Source: an uncultured Acidobacteriota bacterium
GTDB lineage: Bacteria; Acidobacteriota; Thermoanaerobaculia; Multivoradales; JAHEKO01
Direction: 5' to 3'
Assembly: GCA_963713825.1 (NCBI GenBank)
Contig: CAVQNG010000014.1
Span: 160,001-224,000 of the forward strand
Length of the DNA: 64,000 nucleotides
Shown: positions 39,807-49,174 of the stretch, one piece after another
How the letters are laid out: every line of letters starts with the position of its first letter
How positions within the stretch are numbered: position 1 is the first letter of the stretch
The notes under the pieces: generated by a model
Told to the model about the DNA's origin: nothing
Database searches by the model: none
What the model saw: only the letters and a program-made list of their open reading frames with translations
Position numbers and translations under genes: made by a program

Positions 39807-39896
39807 AACTCAAGGCGATTGCACCGTTGACAAGCGCTTCGTCGTAAATGCGTCGCCGCGGTGCCGATAGGCAACTTGAAACCACGGGAGGGCGGC

Positions 39897-40220
39897 ATGA
39901 GGTATTGGCGAGTTCCTCTGGACGCGGGGCAGGTCGAGACCCCCGGGGGGGAGGTGCACATCCTCGTGGACCGATGCAAGGGCTGCGCGTTCTGCGTCGA
40001 GTACTGCCCCAGGCAGGTCCTCGAGATGTCACGGACTTTCAATCGCAAGGGCTACCATCCACCAGAGATCGTCGCAAGCGGGGCCTGCGTCAACTGCGGG
40101 CTGTGCGAGATGATCTGCCCCGAGTTCGCCATCTTCTGCATCGAGGCGGTGAGCTCGGCTGGGAATCCAAACGGAGTCTCCACATCTGTAGGTGCCGAGG
40201 CCGGGGAGGCGCGTCGATGA
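39897..40220 (+). CDS. 2-oxoacid:ferredoxin oxidoreductase delta subunit (2x[4Fe-4S] ferredoxin)
   Basis: CKGCAFCVEYCP and CVNCGLCEMICPEFAI; GGGAGG RBS; stop overlaps the alpha-subunit start (ATGA). Confidence 0.92.
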   Translation: MRYWRVPLDAGQVETPGGEVHILVDRCKGCAFCVEYCPRQVLEMSRTFNRKGYHPPEIVASGACVNCGLCEMICPEFAIFCIEAVSSAGNPNGVSTSVGAEAGEARR

Positions 40221-41374
40221 AAGCCGACCCGGCAGGTGTGCTTACTGGCTCTCATTACCTCGATGGTGACTTCGCTTGCGGCGAAGGGGCCATGGCGGCT
40301 GGCTGCCGATTCGTCGCCGGCTACCCGATCACCCCATCCACCGAAGTTGTCGAGCGCATAGCCAGGCGATTCCCGACGATCGGAGGCACCTTCATCCAGA
40401 TGGAGGATGAGTTGGCGAGCATGGCTGCCGTCGTCGGCGGGGCATGGACAGGTAGCAAGACCATGACGGTGACCAGTGGTCCGGGCTTCAGCCTCATGAT
40501 GGAGAACATCGGACTGGCCGCCATGATGGAGACGCCCTGTGTCGTCGTCAACGTGCAGCGAGGTGGGCCTTCCACCGGGCTGCCGACAATGGTTGGGCAG
40601 GGGGACGTGATGCAGGCCCGCTGGGGCTCTCATGGAGACTACGAGGTGATCGCCTTGAGCCCTCAATCGCCCCAGGAAGCCTTCGACCTCACAATCGACG
40701 CCTTCAACTTGGCCGAGATCTACAGAGTTCCCGTCATGTTCTTGATGGACGAATGTGTCGGGCACATGACTGAAAAGGTGGTGATTCCCAAGGCGGAGGC
40801 GATCGATATCGAACCCCGGCGACTGACCAGGAAGAAGCCGGAGGACTTCGATCCCTATCAGGTCTCCGACAACGAGCTGCCGGAGTTCGCCCGCGCCGGA
40901 GACGGCTACCGATTCCATACCACCGGTTTGACACACGATGAGCACGGCTATCCGGTGATGAGCGCCAAGTGCCAAGAGGTCAACGTGGGCCGCCTGGTCG
41001 GGAAGATCCGCGACAATGCAGAGAGCATCGTCCGCTTCGAAGAAGATGGGGTAGAGGATGCGGATGTTGTTGTCGTGTCCTACGGCATCACAGCCCGGGT
41101 GGCCAGGTTGGCAGTCGAGGAAGCGCGCGCGCAGGGCCTCAAGGTGGGCTTCCTTCGCTTGGTGGTGATCTGGCCGTTTCCGGAGAGGCGGATACGGCAG
41201 ATCGCAGGTTCCGTTGGCGCCTTTGTCGTGCCGGAGATCAACTATGGACAGATCGCTCTGGAAGTGGAGCGCGCCGCGGCTGGACAGGCCGTTACCTGGC
41301 CGGTCCACCATGCGGGCGGTGCCGTGCACTCGCCCGATGCGATCACTGAGATTATTGTCAAGGCGGCCGTATGA
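40217..41374 (+). CDS. korA: 2-oxoacid:ferredoxin oxidoreductase alpha subunit (2-oxoglutarate/KorA-like)
   Basis: GYPITPS, QMEDE, TSGPGFSLM.E and VQRGGPSTGLPT motifs. Substrate is inferred from context. Confidence 0.9.
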   Translation: MKADPAGVLTGSHYLDGDFACGEGAMAAGCRFVAGYPITPSTEVVERIARRFPTIGGTFIQMEDELASMAAVVGGAWTGSKTMTVTSGPGFSLMMENIGLAAMMETPCVVVNVQRGGPSTGLPTMVGQGDVMQARWGSHGDYEVIALSPQSPQEAFDLTIDAFNLAEIYRVPVMFLMDECVGHMTEKVVIPKAEAIDIEPRRLTRKKPEDFDPYQVSDNELPEFARAGDGYRFHTTGLTHDEHGYPVMSAKCQEVNVGRLVGKIRDNAESIVRFEEDGVEDADVVVVSYGITARVARLAVEEARAQGLKVGFLRLVVIWPFPERRIRQIAGSVGAFVVPEINYGQIALEVERAAAGQAVTWPVHHAGGAVHSPDAITEIIVKAAV

Positions 41375-42270
41375 CTGTGGCAACGAATCCGACTGGCAGC
41401 CAGGAGCGGGAGCACCCGAGTGCGCCGCTCTTGAGGATGGAGCGCATTCCGCATGTCTGGTGTCCGAGCTGCGGTATCGGCACGGTGGTCAAGTGCTATG
41501 CCACGGCGCTCGAGCGCAGCGGCGTGGATCTCGACAAGGTCTCGGTGGTGTCGGGCATCGGCTGCTCCGGCCGCGTCGCCGGCTATCTCAAGCTGGACGG
41601 TTTTCACACGACCCATGGAAGGGCCATTCCTTTTGCCACAGGGCTCAAACTGGGACGTCCCGAGCTGCTGGTAACCGTGATTTCAGGTGACGGTGACCTC
41701 GTGGGCATCGGCGGCAATCACTTCATTCACGCGGCACGCCGCAATATCGATCTGTTGGTCATCCTGATCAACAACTTCATTTATGGGATGACTGGGGGAC
41801 AAAACGCTCCGACGACGCCCCCGGGTGCTAGATCCTCGACGATGCCTTTGGGAAATTTCGAGACTCCTTTCAGTCTGCCCCATCTAGCGGCATCGAGCGG
41901 TGCCTCCTATGTGGCCCGTTGGACCTGCCTTCACATTCGCCGTCTCACCTGGTCGATCGAGGAGGCCATAGGCAAGAGGGGCTTCCGCTTCATCGAGGTC
42001 ATCGCGCCCTGTCCGACTCTCTACGCCCGCCTGAACAAGCTGGGATCAGGGCTCGATGCCATGCGCTTCTACCACGACACGGCCGAGATCCGGAACGGCG
42101 CCGACACTCGTGAGGTCGACGTCGAGTTCCAAAGCCCGATCATCTGCGGCAAGTTCGTCGACGAGGAGCGACCGACCTTCCTCGATCTGATGCACGACCA
42201 CTACAGCAAGCAGCTGGGTGATCGCTATGTTCCGATGCCGCCGGAAGGAGGAATGCTCCATGAGCGGTAG
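41371..42270 (+). CDS. korB: 2-oxoacid:ferredoxin oxidoreductase beta subunit (TPP-binding)
   Basis: WCPSCG, SGIGCS, HTTHGR, TPP motif GDGD...NN.IYGMTGGQ and PCPT. Confidence 0.92.
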   Translation: MTVATNPTGSQEREHPSAPLLRMERIPHVWCPSCGIGTVVKCYATALERSGVDLDKVSVVSGIGCSGRVAGYLKLDGFHTTHGRAIPFATGLKLGRPELLVTVISGDGDLVGIGGNHFIHAARRNIDLLVILINNFIYGMTGGQNAPTTPPGARSSTMPLGNFETPFSLPHLAASSGASYVARWTCLHIRRLTWSIEEAIGKRGFRFIEVIAPCPTLYARLNKLGSGLDAMRFYHDTAEIRNGADTREVDVEFQSPIICGKFVDEERPTFLDLMHDHYSKQLGDRYVPMPPEGGMLHER

Positions 42271-42853
42271 GACCGAGATCCGGATCACCGGCTTCGGAGG
42301 GCAGGGTGTGGTGCTCGCGGGCCATATCATCGGTCGCGCCTGCGCCATCCATGCGGATCGTCAGGCCACGATGATCCAGAGTTTCGGGCCGGAGGCCAGA
42401 GGCTCAGCCTGCAGTGCCACTCTCGTAGTCTCCGACCGCGAAGTCTTGTACCCGTATATCCAGCGTCCCGACATTTTTGTCGTGATGTCCTCGGAAGGCT
42501 ATGAGAAGTACGGGCGGGAGCTCAAAGAGGATGGGACCCTGGTTTTCGAGCAGGATCTTGTCCATCCCAGGACGGTGGAAGGGCAGCGGTACTTTGGAGT
42601 GCCTTCGACGCGCATCGCGGAGTCGTTGGGCCGGACGATCGTCCAGAACATCGTCATGGTGGGCTTCTTCGCCGGCGTCACCGATCTGGTTCCCGAAAAT
42701 GCTGTGCGCGACGCGGTCAAGGGGTCGGTACCAGCTGGTACCGAGGATCTGAATCTGGAAGCCTTCGAAAAGGGGCTGGAGTACGCCCGAGAATCGGTCG
42801 ATCAGCCATCAGTGAACGTCACCAGGCCAAGCCTCGAGGAGGTGAGCCCATGA
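42260..42853 (+). CDS. 2-oxoacid:ferredoxin oxidoreductase gamma subunit
   Basis: GFGGQG, QSFGPEARG, NIVMVG and N.EAF..G. Confidence 0.92.
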   Translation: MSGRTEIRITGFGGQGVVLAGHIIGRACAIHADRQATMIQSFGPEARGSACSATLVVSDREVLYPYIQRPDIFVVMSSEGYEKYGRELKEDGTLVFEQDLVHPRTVEGQRYFGVPSTRIAESLGRTIVQNIVMVGFFAGVTDLVPENAVRDAVKGSVPAGTEDLNLEAFEKGLEYARESVDQPSVNVTRPSLEEVSP

Positions 42854-45261
42854 CTGGGCCTGTTTGTCAGCTCGGAGCTGGTGCTCTCAATTTGGATGGC
42901 TGCAGTCTGTTGATTCCCGATGTGCAGTCCGAGCCGCTGCCGATCCTGCCGGTCGAACCGGCCCCCTGCACTCAGGCATGTCCCGCGGGCATCAACGTCA
43001 AGGCCTACGTCTCGCTGATCGCCGAGAGCCGGTTTGCAGAAGCCCTGCAGGTAGTTCGGCAACACTGTCCCCTGCCCGGAATCTGTGGTCGGATCTGTCA
43101 TCACCCATGTGAAGCGGTATGTCGCCGGGGAACCGTCGATGAGCCTATCGCTATCCGCGCCTTGAAGCGATTCGTCGCTGATCTCGCGGTTGCTGAGGCT
43201 CCACCTGCACCCTGGCCACTAGTTGACCAGGAAGCCAAGGTGGCAGTCGTAGGGTCTGGTCCGGCGGGCTTGACTGCCGCTTACGACCTGCGTCGCCTCG
43301 GGTATCCGGTGACGATCTTCGAAGCCGAGCCGGAGGCTGGAGGCATGCTGCGCTATGGAATCACCGAGTATCGGCTGCCCAGGGATGTTCTGGATACGGA
43401 GATCGGGTATCTCAGCGGGGTCGGTCTCAACTTTGAGACCGGTTGTCGCGTCGGGGTGGACCTGCAGTTGGAAGAGATGCTGGAGCAGGGCTTCGTGGCG
43501 ACCTTGCTGGCCGTGGGCGCTCAGCGCGGACGCCCTCTGAGAGTTCCTGGATCTGAGTCCTGTGCAGGAGTCGAGGATGCTCTGGCCTTCTTGCGTCGCG
43601 TCAACCACGGTGACCGATCGCTGGTAAGGGGTCGAGTCGTGGTGATCGGCGGCGGCTCGACAGCGGTCGAGGCGGCACGCTCGGCACTGCGCCTCGGCGC
43701 CGACTCCGTGGACATACTCTACCGGCGGTATCGTGAGGAGTTGTTGGCTGATGAGGAGGAGATCCGGGCAGCGGAGTCGGAGGGCATTGCGTTCAGATTC
43801 CTGGTGGCTCCAACTCGCCTGATCATGGGAGACGGGACTCTTCAGGCCCTGGAGTGCGTGAGGGTCGGACTGGGAGAACCAGATGCCTCGGGCCGGCGCA
43901 GACCCATCCAGATTCCAGGCAGCGAGTTCAGGGTAGAGACAGACCGAGTCCTGGCCGCTATCGGTCAGGCGGCCGATCTTGATTTCATGCCTCCCGAGAT
44001 CCTGTCACAACTGACGGAGAACGAATTGTTGCGGACCGATCCGCTGACAGCGATGACAGGCCTGCAGGGAGTTTTCGCGGCTGGCGATGCTGTCTCAGGC
44101 CCAGCGACGGTTATCGATGCTATCGCCGCCGGTCACAAGGCCGCCGAGGCGATTCATCACTATCTGGAGGAGGGCAGGCCCTCGATAGCATCGCAGCCGC
44201 CGGAGATGCGGGCACCGGTGGAATACGGTCTACCTGATTCACCGCCAGTGACCGCGGAGAGGGGTCGTCCTGAGCTCCGAAGCGTCAAGTCGGGCGCCGA
44301 ATTTGCGGAGGTGGAGAGGCCTTTCGAGAAAGCCGAGGCTGTGGACGAGGCGAGACGGTGCCTGCGTTGTGGGCCTTGCGGCGAGTGTCGTGTGTGCGCT
44401 CCTTCCTGCCGCCGACGCCACGTCCTGCTGCGGTTTCCCGATGGCGATGGAGCTGTCAGCCGGAGCCCGGTTCTGCTGCGAGCTCCAGGCAACGTCGCCA
44501 TGGGATTGAGCACTCGATCGACGGCACAGGCCCAGTTGTTGCCCGAGAGCCGTCCTCGGCTGCTGAGGGAGGTGTCGGCGAGCGAAGGTGACCTCGTGGA
44601 GATCGCGCCATTGAGGGTGCAGATTGTGGAGGAGCAATGTCGGGGGTGCGGTCGCTGTGTCGAGGTCTGTCCGTTCGATGCAATCACGATGAGCGGTACA
44701 GAGCCGGAGCGCACCGCTCGCGTCGAGCCCTCACTCTGCCGCGGCTGCAACCTCTGCTGCGCTGTCTGTCCAACTGCAGCTGCGGAGCCCAATGCCCTGT
44801 CTGTTGCCTGGTGGGGATCCAGGCTGTCCGACGCTTTCGACGGTCGAGCCGAGGCGGTCCATGAAGCCGGGCCCATCGTGGTTCTCGCATGTCAAAGGAG
44901 AGCTGGATCGGTGGAGCCGACCCTCTATCAACACTCAGCCCACGTCGAGGTGATCCGGTTCCGCTGTGTCGGCCAGGTCGATGCCGGGATGCTGGTCGAG
45001 CTCTACCGCAGAGGGGCGAGCAGCGTGCTCGTTGCCGGCTGCCAGACCGAGCGTTGTCGGTTCGGCGAGGGCGCCCAACTGGCTACCGAGCAGGTGGCCA
45101 GGGCGGAGAGGTTGATCTCCGTGATGGGGGGTGGCGCCAAGAGTCTGAGGTCGGATTGGTCTGAGGACCGAGCCGGCGACCCCATCGAGCTGCCCGTTCT
45201 ACGCATGATCGCGGAAGTCTTCGGGGCGCGTCCGGGCCTTTCCGGGCGAGAGCCCTCTTGA
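42850..45261 (+). CDS. FAD/NAD(P)H oxidoreductase (GltD/NfnB/SudA-like) fused to [4Fe-4S] ferredoxin and C-terminal MvhD-like [2Fe-2S] domains
   Basis: PC..ACP and CGRIC..PCE..C (Fer4_20); GSGPAG (FAD); GGGSTA and YRR (NADPH-type); FAAGD; RCLRCGPCGEC..C; CRGCGRCVEVCP and CRGCNLCCAVCP; C-terminal LAC...RFRCVGQVD...VAGC..E.CRF. Confidence 0.9.
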   Translation: MTGPVCQLGAGALNLDGCSLLIPDVQSEPLPILPVEPAPCTQACPAGINVKAYVSLIAESRFAEALQVVRQHCPLPGICGRICHHPCEAVCRRGTVDEPIAIRALKRFVADLAVAEAPPAPWPLVDQEAKVAVVGSGPAGLTAAYDLRRLGYPVTIFEAEPEAGGMLRYGITEYRLPRDVLDTEIGYLSGVGLNFETGCRVGVDLQLEEMLEQGFVATLLAVGAQRGRPLRVPGSESCAGVEDALAFLRRVNHGDRSLVRGRVVVIGGGSTAVEAARSALRLGADSVDILYRRYREELLADEEEIRAAESEGIAFRFLVAPTRLIMGDGTLQALECVRVGLGEPDASGRRRPIQIPGSEFRVETDRVLAAIGQAADLDFMPPEILSQLTENELLRTDPLTAMTGLQGVFAAGDAVSGPATVIDAIAAGHKAAEAIHHYLEEGRPSIASQPPEMRAPVEYGLPDSPPVTAERGRPELRSVKSGAEFAEVERPFEKAEAVDEARRCLRCGPCGECRVCAPSCRRRHVLLRFPDGDGAVSRSPVLLRAPGNVAMGLSTRSTAQAQLLPESRPRLLREVSASEGDLVEIAPLRVQIVEEQCRGCGRCVEVCPFDAITMSGTEPERTARVEPSLCRGCNLCCAVCPTAAAEPNALSVAWWGSRLSDAFDGRAEAVHEAGPIVVLACQRRAGSVEPTLYQHSAHVEVIRFRCVGQVDAGMLVELYRRGASSVLVAGCQTERCRFGEGAQLATEQVARAERLISVMGGGAKSLRSDWSEDRAGDPIELPVLRMIAEVFGARPGLSGREPS

Positions 45262-45272
45262 GGAGTGGAGCG

Positions 45273-46460
45273 ATGAGAGACCTCATCCAGCTCAAGCAAT
45301 CGACGCATGCCGCACTCTGCCTGGAGTGCGGCAAGTGCAGCACGATGTGTCCGCTGGCCCGCTTCGGAGGGTTCTCGGCAGCTCGCATGATGTCGATTCA
45401 GGACCCGGAGGCGGAGATTCACGGCCATGCGGCCGCGGTCCAGCGCTGTCTGACTTGCGGCGCCTGTGAGGTTCGTTGTCCGCAGGGCGTTCGTTACACG
45501 GAGTTCATTCTTGGATTGCGGCCCGAGCTGCCTGAAGAGACCCGATGGTCTTGCCCGCATGGAGCGGTGTTTCAGGAGTCCGCTCGCTGGGCTGCGGATG
45601 GGGCGGTCAACGGGCGCAATACCGCTTGGCTGGAAGACGACCTGTTGGTTGCCGAGGAGGGGGAAGTCGGGCTGTTCGTCGGTTGCCTACCTCTTTTCGA
45701 TGTCGTTTTCGGGACGGAACTGGAAGTACGCATGGTGGAGATTGCGCGCGCCGCCATCAGACTCCTGAACCACTTTGAAATCGAGCCGGTAATTGTGACG
45801 GACGAGCGCTGCTGTGGCCATGACCTCCTGTGGAGTGGTGAGGAGGAGGCTTTCGAGAAGCTGGCTGTGGCGAATACGACCGCTTTTCAGGAGCGGGGTG
45901 TGCGCCACCTCCTGACAACTTGTGCCGAGTGTTGTCGCACCTGGAGCCTCGACTACCCGCGGTATGTGGAGACCTATCAACCTCGAGTGCAGCATCTCTC
46001 GGAGTTCCTGGCGGAGCGCGTGGAGCGCGACGAGATGAGCTTCCGAGATCTCGGGGAGGCCGGCGTCATGACGTTCCACGATCCGTGCAGGCTGGGCAGA
46101 CAGCTGGGGGTCTTCGACGCCCCGAGGATCGTAATGAACTCCCTACCGGGAAGTGAAGTCGTAGAGATGGAGCGATCGGGCGCTGATGCACAGTGCTGTG
46201 GCACTCCCGGTTTCATTCAGTGCAATCGGGACTCGCGACGGCTGCAAGCCCAGAGACTGGAGAGCGCAGCGGCGACGGGCGCCACCAAGCTGGTCACCGC
46301 TTGTCCGAAGTGTTTGATTCACTTTCGGTGTGCCCAGGCCGAGGATCGTCTCAATGAACGGCAGGGCGCAGGGATTCAGATCCAAGACCTCACGGTCCTC
46401 GCCGCGAGTCTGCTGGCGACAAAGAGAGAAGCGGAGAAGGATTCACCGTCAGAGTGCTAG
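45273..46460 (+). CDS. Soluble heterodisulfide-reductase-like Fe-S protein (HdrD/HdrBC-like: 2x[4Fe-4S] + two CCG domains)
   Basis: CLECGKCSTMCP and CLTCGACEVRCP; FVGC...CCGH...CAEC and HDPC...CCG...CPKC; no TM helices. Confidence 0.9.
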   Translation: MRDLIQLKQSTHAALCLECGKCSTMCPLARFGGFSAARMMSIQDPEAEIHGHAAAVQRCLTCGACEVRCPQGVRYTEFILGLRPELPEETRWSCPHGAVFQESARWAADGAVNGRNTAWLEDDLLVAEEGEVGLFVGCLPLFDVVFGTELEVRMVEIARAAIRLLNHFEIEPVIVTDERCCGHDLLWSGEEEAFEKLAVANTTAFQERGVRHLLTTCAECCRTWSLDYPRYVETYQPRVQHLSEFLAERVERDEMSFRDLGEAGVMTFHDPCRLGRQLGVFDAPRIVMNSLPGSEVVEMERSGADAQCCGTPGFIQCNRDSRRLQAQRLESAAATGATKLVTACPKCLIHFRCAQAEDRLNERQGAGIQIQDLTVLAASLLATKREAEKDSPSEC

Positions 46461-46475
46461 AGACAGGAGAGGTTC

Positions 46476-48956
46476 ATGACAGACCAAGCCTTGCGAATCG
46501 GTGTCTTCGTTTGCGATTGCGGACTGAACATCGCCGGCACAGTGGATACAGAAGAGGTAGCACGCTTTGCCGCCGACCTTCCCGATGTGGTCGCCGTGGT
46601 GCGCAATCGCTACACCTGCGCCGATCCGGGGCAGAACGAAATCAAGAAGGCCATCGCGGAGCACGATTTGAACCGGGTCGTGGTGGCATCCTGCACCCCG
46701 AAGATCCACGAACCGACCTTCCGCCACTGCGTGGCGGACACCGGGCTGAATCCCTATCTGGTCGAGATGGCCAACATACGAGAGCACTGCAGCTGGGTTC
46801 ACATTCAAGACCGGGAAGCGGCCACCGAGAAGGCGAAGGACCTGGTCCGCAGCGCGGTCGGGCGATCTCGGCTGCTGGAGCCTCAAGACGAGAAGATCTT
46901 CCCAGTGACGGACGCGGCGCTGGTGATCGGCGGCGGCGTGGCTGGCATCCAGGCGGCTCTCGAGCTGGCTGATGGTGGCCACCAGGTTTACCTGGTGGAG
47001 AAGGAACCCTCCATCGGCGGGCTCATGGCTGCGCTGGACAAGACATTCCCGACCATGGACTGCTCTATATGAATTCTCGGCCCTAAAATGATGGATGCCG
47101 GTCGGCATCCCCGCATCGAGTTACTGGTTGATTCCGAGGTCGAGAACATCACGGGCTTCGTAGGGAACTACAACGCCCAAGTACGTCGCCGCGCTCGCTT
47201 CGTCGACAGCGACGAATGCACCTCTTGTGGTGAATGCGAGAAAGTCTGCCCTGTGACCGTTGCTGACGAGTATCAGCAGGGCCTCTCTTCGCGCAAGGCC
47301 ATCTACCTACCTTTTCCGCAGGCAGTGCCTTCGGCCTTTAGCCTCGATGCCGAGTCCTGTCTGGGTTTCAATCCGATTGCCTGTGGCAAGTGCCTCGAGG
47401 TCTGCGACAAGAAGTGCATCGATTTCGATGCCACGGACGAGATCCGCGATCTCGAAGTGGGGACGGTCGTCGTTGCTACCGGAATGGAGGTCTACGACCC
47501 GCGAGAGAACGACGAGTACGGCTATACGCGATTCCCGAACGTCGTCACCAGCATGGAATTCGAGAGGTTGATCAACGCTGGTGGACCCACGGATGGAGAG
47601 TTGGTCCGACCTTCCGACCGCGAGGTGCCTTTGCGGGTCGGCTTCGTTCAGTGTGTCGGCTCTCGGTCCCTCCAACGCGGCGTGCCCTACTGCTCGAACA
47701 TCTGTTGCATGAATACGATCAAGGAGACGCTGCTGCTGGCAGACCATTTCCCGGAGAGTCGATCAACGGTCTACTACATGGATATCCGGGCCTTCGGCAA
47801 GGGCTTCGAGGACCTGTATCGGCGAAGTCGTGAGGCGGGCGTGCGCTACGTCAGAGGATTGCCTGGCAACGTGAGAGAGGCGCCCGAGTCCAACGACCTC
47901 ATCGTCGAGGTCGAGAACACGCTCACCGGAACGATGGAGGAGCATCGACTCGACATGCTGGTTCTGGCGGTAGGGATGGTGCCGCGGCGATCTAACGGCG
48001 ACGGCAAGCGAAGCATCGACGAGATCCTGAGCCTGTCGCACACCTCGGACGGTTTCGTCATGGAGGCCCACCCCAAGCTGAAGCCGGTCGATGCTCCGAC
48101 CCGCGGGGTCTATTTTGCCGGCTGCGTCGAGTCACCCAAGGACGTCAAGGACTCCGTTACCCAGGCAGGTGCCGCTGCCGGCAGAGCGGGCAACCTGTTG
48201 GGTGGCGGACAAGTGCGAATCGAGGCCATCACGGCGACGCTGGATGCGGATCGCTGTCAGCTCTGCACCATTTGTGCTCGTGTCTGTCCGTTTCACGCCA
48301 TCGAGCAAGCGGATAAGAAGAAGGGTCTTCTGCCGCAGTTCGTCGAGGCGGCCTGCGCGGGTTGCGGTACCTGCGCGGCGGAGTGTCCATTCGATGCCAT
48401 CGACATGCGTCATTTCGCTGACAGCCAGGTCCTGGCCCAAATCGATGGCATCTTGGCCGACAATCCGCTGCAGAAGATCGTCGGCTTCGCGTGCAACTGG
48501 TGCTCTTACGCGGGCGGGGATAACGCCGGAACCTCACGCCTCCAGTACCCGGCATCCGTTCGCCTCATCCGCACCATGTGCAGCGGCAGAGTCGACCAGG
48601 CCTTTATTTGGCACGCCTTTCGGAAGGGAGCGCCGCTGGTGTTGGTGTCGGGCTGCCACTTTACAGACTGCCATTACATCGACGCGGTGACTTGGACGCA
48701 GAAGCGAATAGAGAAAATCTGGTCGAAGATGGAAAAACTCGGCATCCGCCCCGAACGACTCCAGTTGGAGTGGATCTCGGCGGCGGAAGGTCAGAAGTTC
48801 GCTCGCGTCATGCAGGAGCTGGACAGCATGCTGCGGCAGGTAACGCCAAAGGAGGTCGAGGAGGGCATGCGAATTCTCGCCGAGGAAGACCTGGGAGCTG
48901 GTGTTCCCAAACTCCCGAAGAAGCGTAGAGAGCCGGTTCTCCCGATCCAGAACTGA
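46476..48956 (+). CDS. hdrA: Heterodisulfide reductase subunit A (HdrA) fused to MvhD; probable selenoprotein (Sec199, TGA at 47070-47072), 826 aa
   Basis: ORFs 46476..47072 and 47088..48956 are in one frame, separated only by TGA within [18 protein letters not shown] (canonical DC..CIL.P.M). HdrA motifs [34 protein letters not shown] and GC..SPKD; ferredoxin inserts; C-terminal MvhD (CNWCSYAG...MCSGRVD...GCHFTDCHY). Confidence 0.92.
47088..47116 (+). promoter_or_regulatory. Putative bacterial SECIS element
   Basis: Perfect hairpin GGATGCCG-GT-CGGCATCC (47093-47110; equivalently a 7-bp stem with GGUC loop), apex about 28 nt after the UGA. Possible lower pairing of ATG 47088-90 with CAT 47114-16. 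Confidence 0.75.
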
Positions 48957-48979
48957 AGAACCATAAGAGGGATTCGATC

Positions 48980-49174
48980 ATGGCCAAGCAGATCAAGACG
49001 TTCTACTGTCTTCGCTGCCAGCATCGTTTTGCGATGGGTCATGACCCCAAAGAGGTGGTGGAGCGCAGCTGTCCACGATGTGGCAGCAACAGCGTCAGAT
49101 TGGAGACACCACAGGCTGCTGCCAGTCAAGCCTCTTTGGGGACGAGCAAAACCGGAAAAGGAGGGGTTGTATGA
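48980..49174 (+). CDS. Small zinc-ribbon/rubredoxin-like protein (FmdB-like)
   Basis: FYCLRC...CPRCGS; AGAGGG RBS; stop overlaps the next start (ATGA). Confidence 0.75.
   Translation: MAKQIKTFYCLRCQHRFAMGHDPKEVVERSCPRCGSNSVRLETPQAAASQASLGTSKTGKGGVV

Noticed and set aside
39827-39855. Internal promoter with perfect TTGACA upstream of korD
   Set aside because: No plausible -10 hexamer at 16-18 bp spacing.
39848-40216. N-terminal extension of KorA in the 508-aa ORF
   Set aside because: This region encodes the ferredoxin delta subunit in another frame. KorA starts at the ATGA overlap at 40217.
46476-47072. HdrA N-terminal ORF as a separate gene or pseudogene fragment
   Set aside because: The stop is an in-frame TGA at a conserved Cys position with a SECIS-like hairpin, and the intervening codons (ILGPK) continue the HdrA motif. 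Sec readthrough explains this better.
45273-48956. Evidence for methanogenesis or dissimilatory sulfate reduction
   Set aside because: Hdr-like proteins are widespread in anaerobic bacteria, and no mcr, dsr, apr or qmo context is present in the window.
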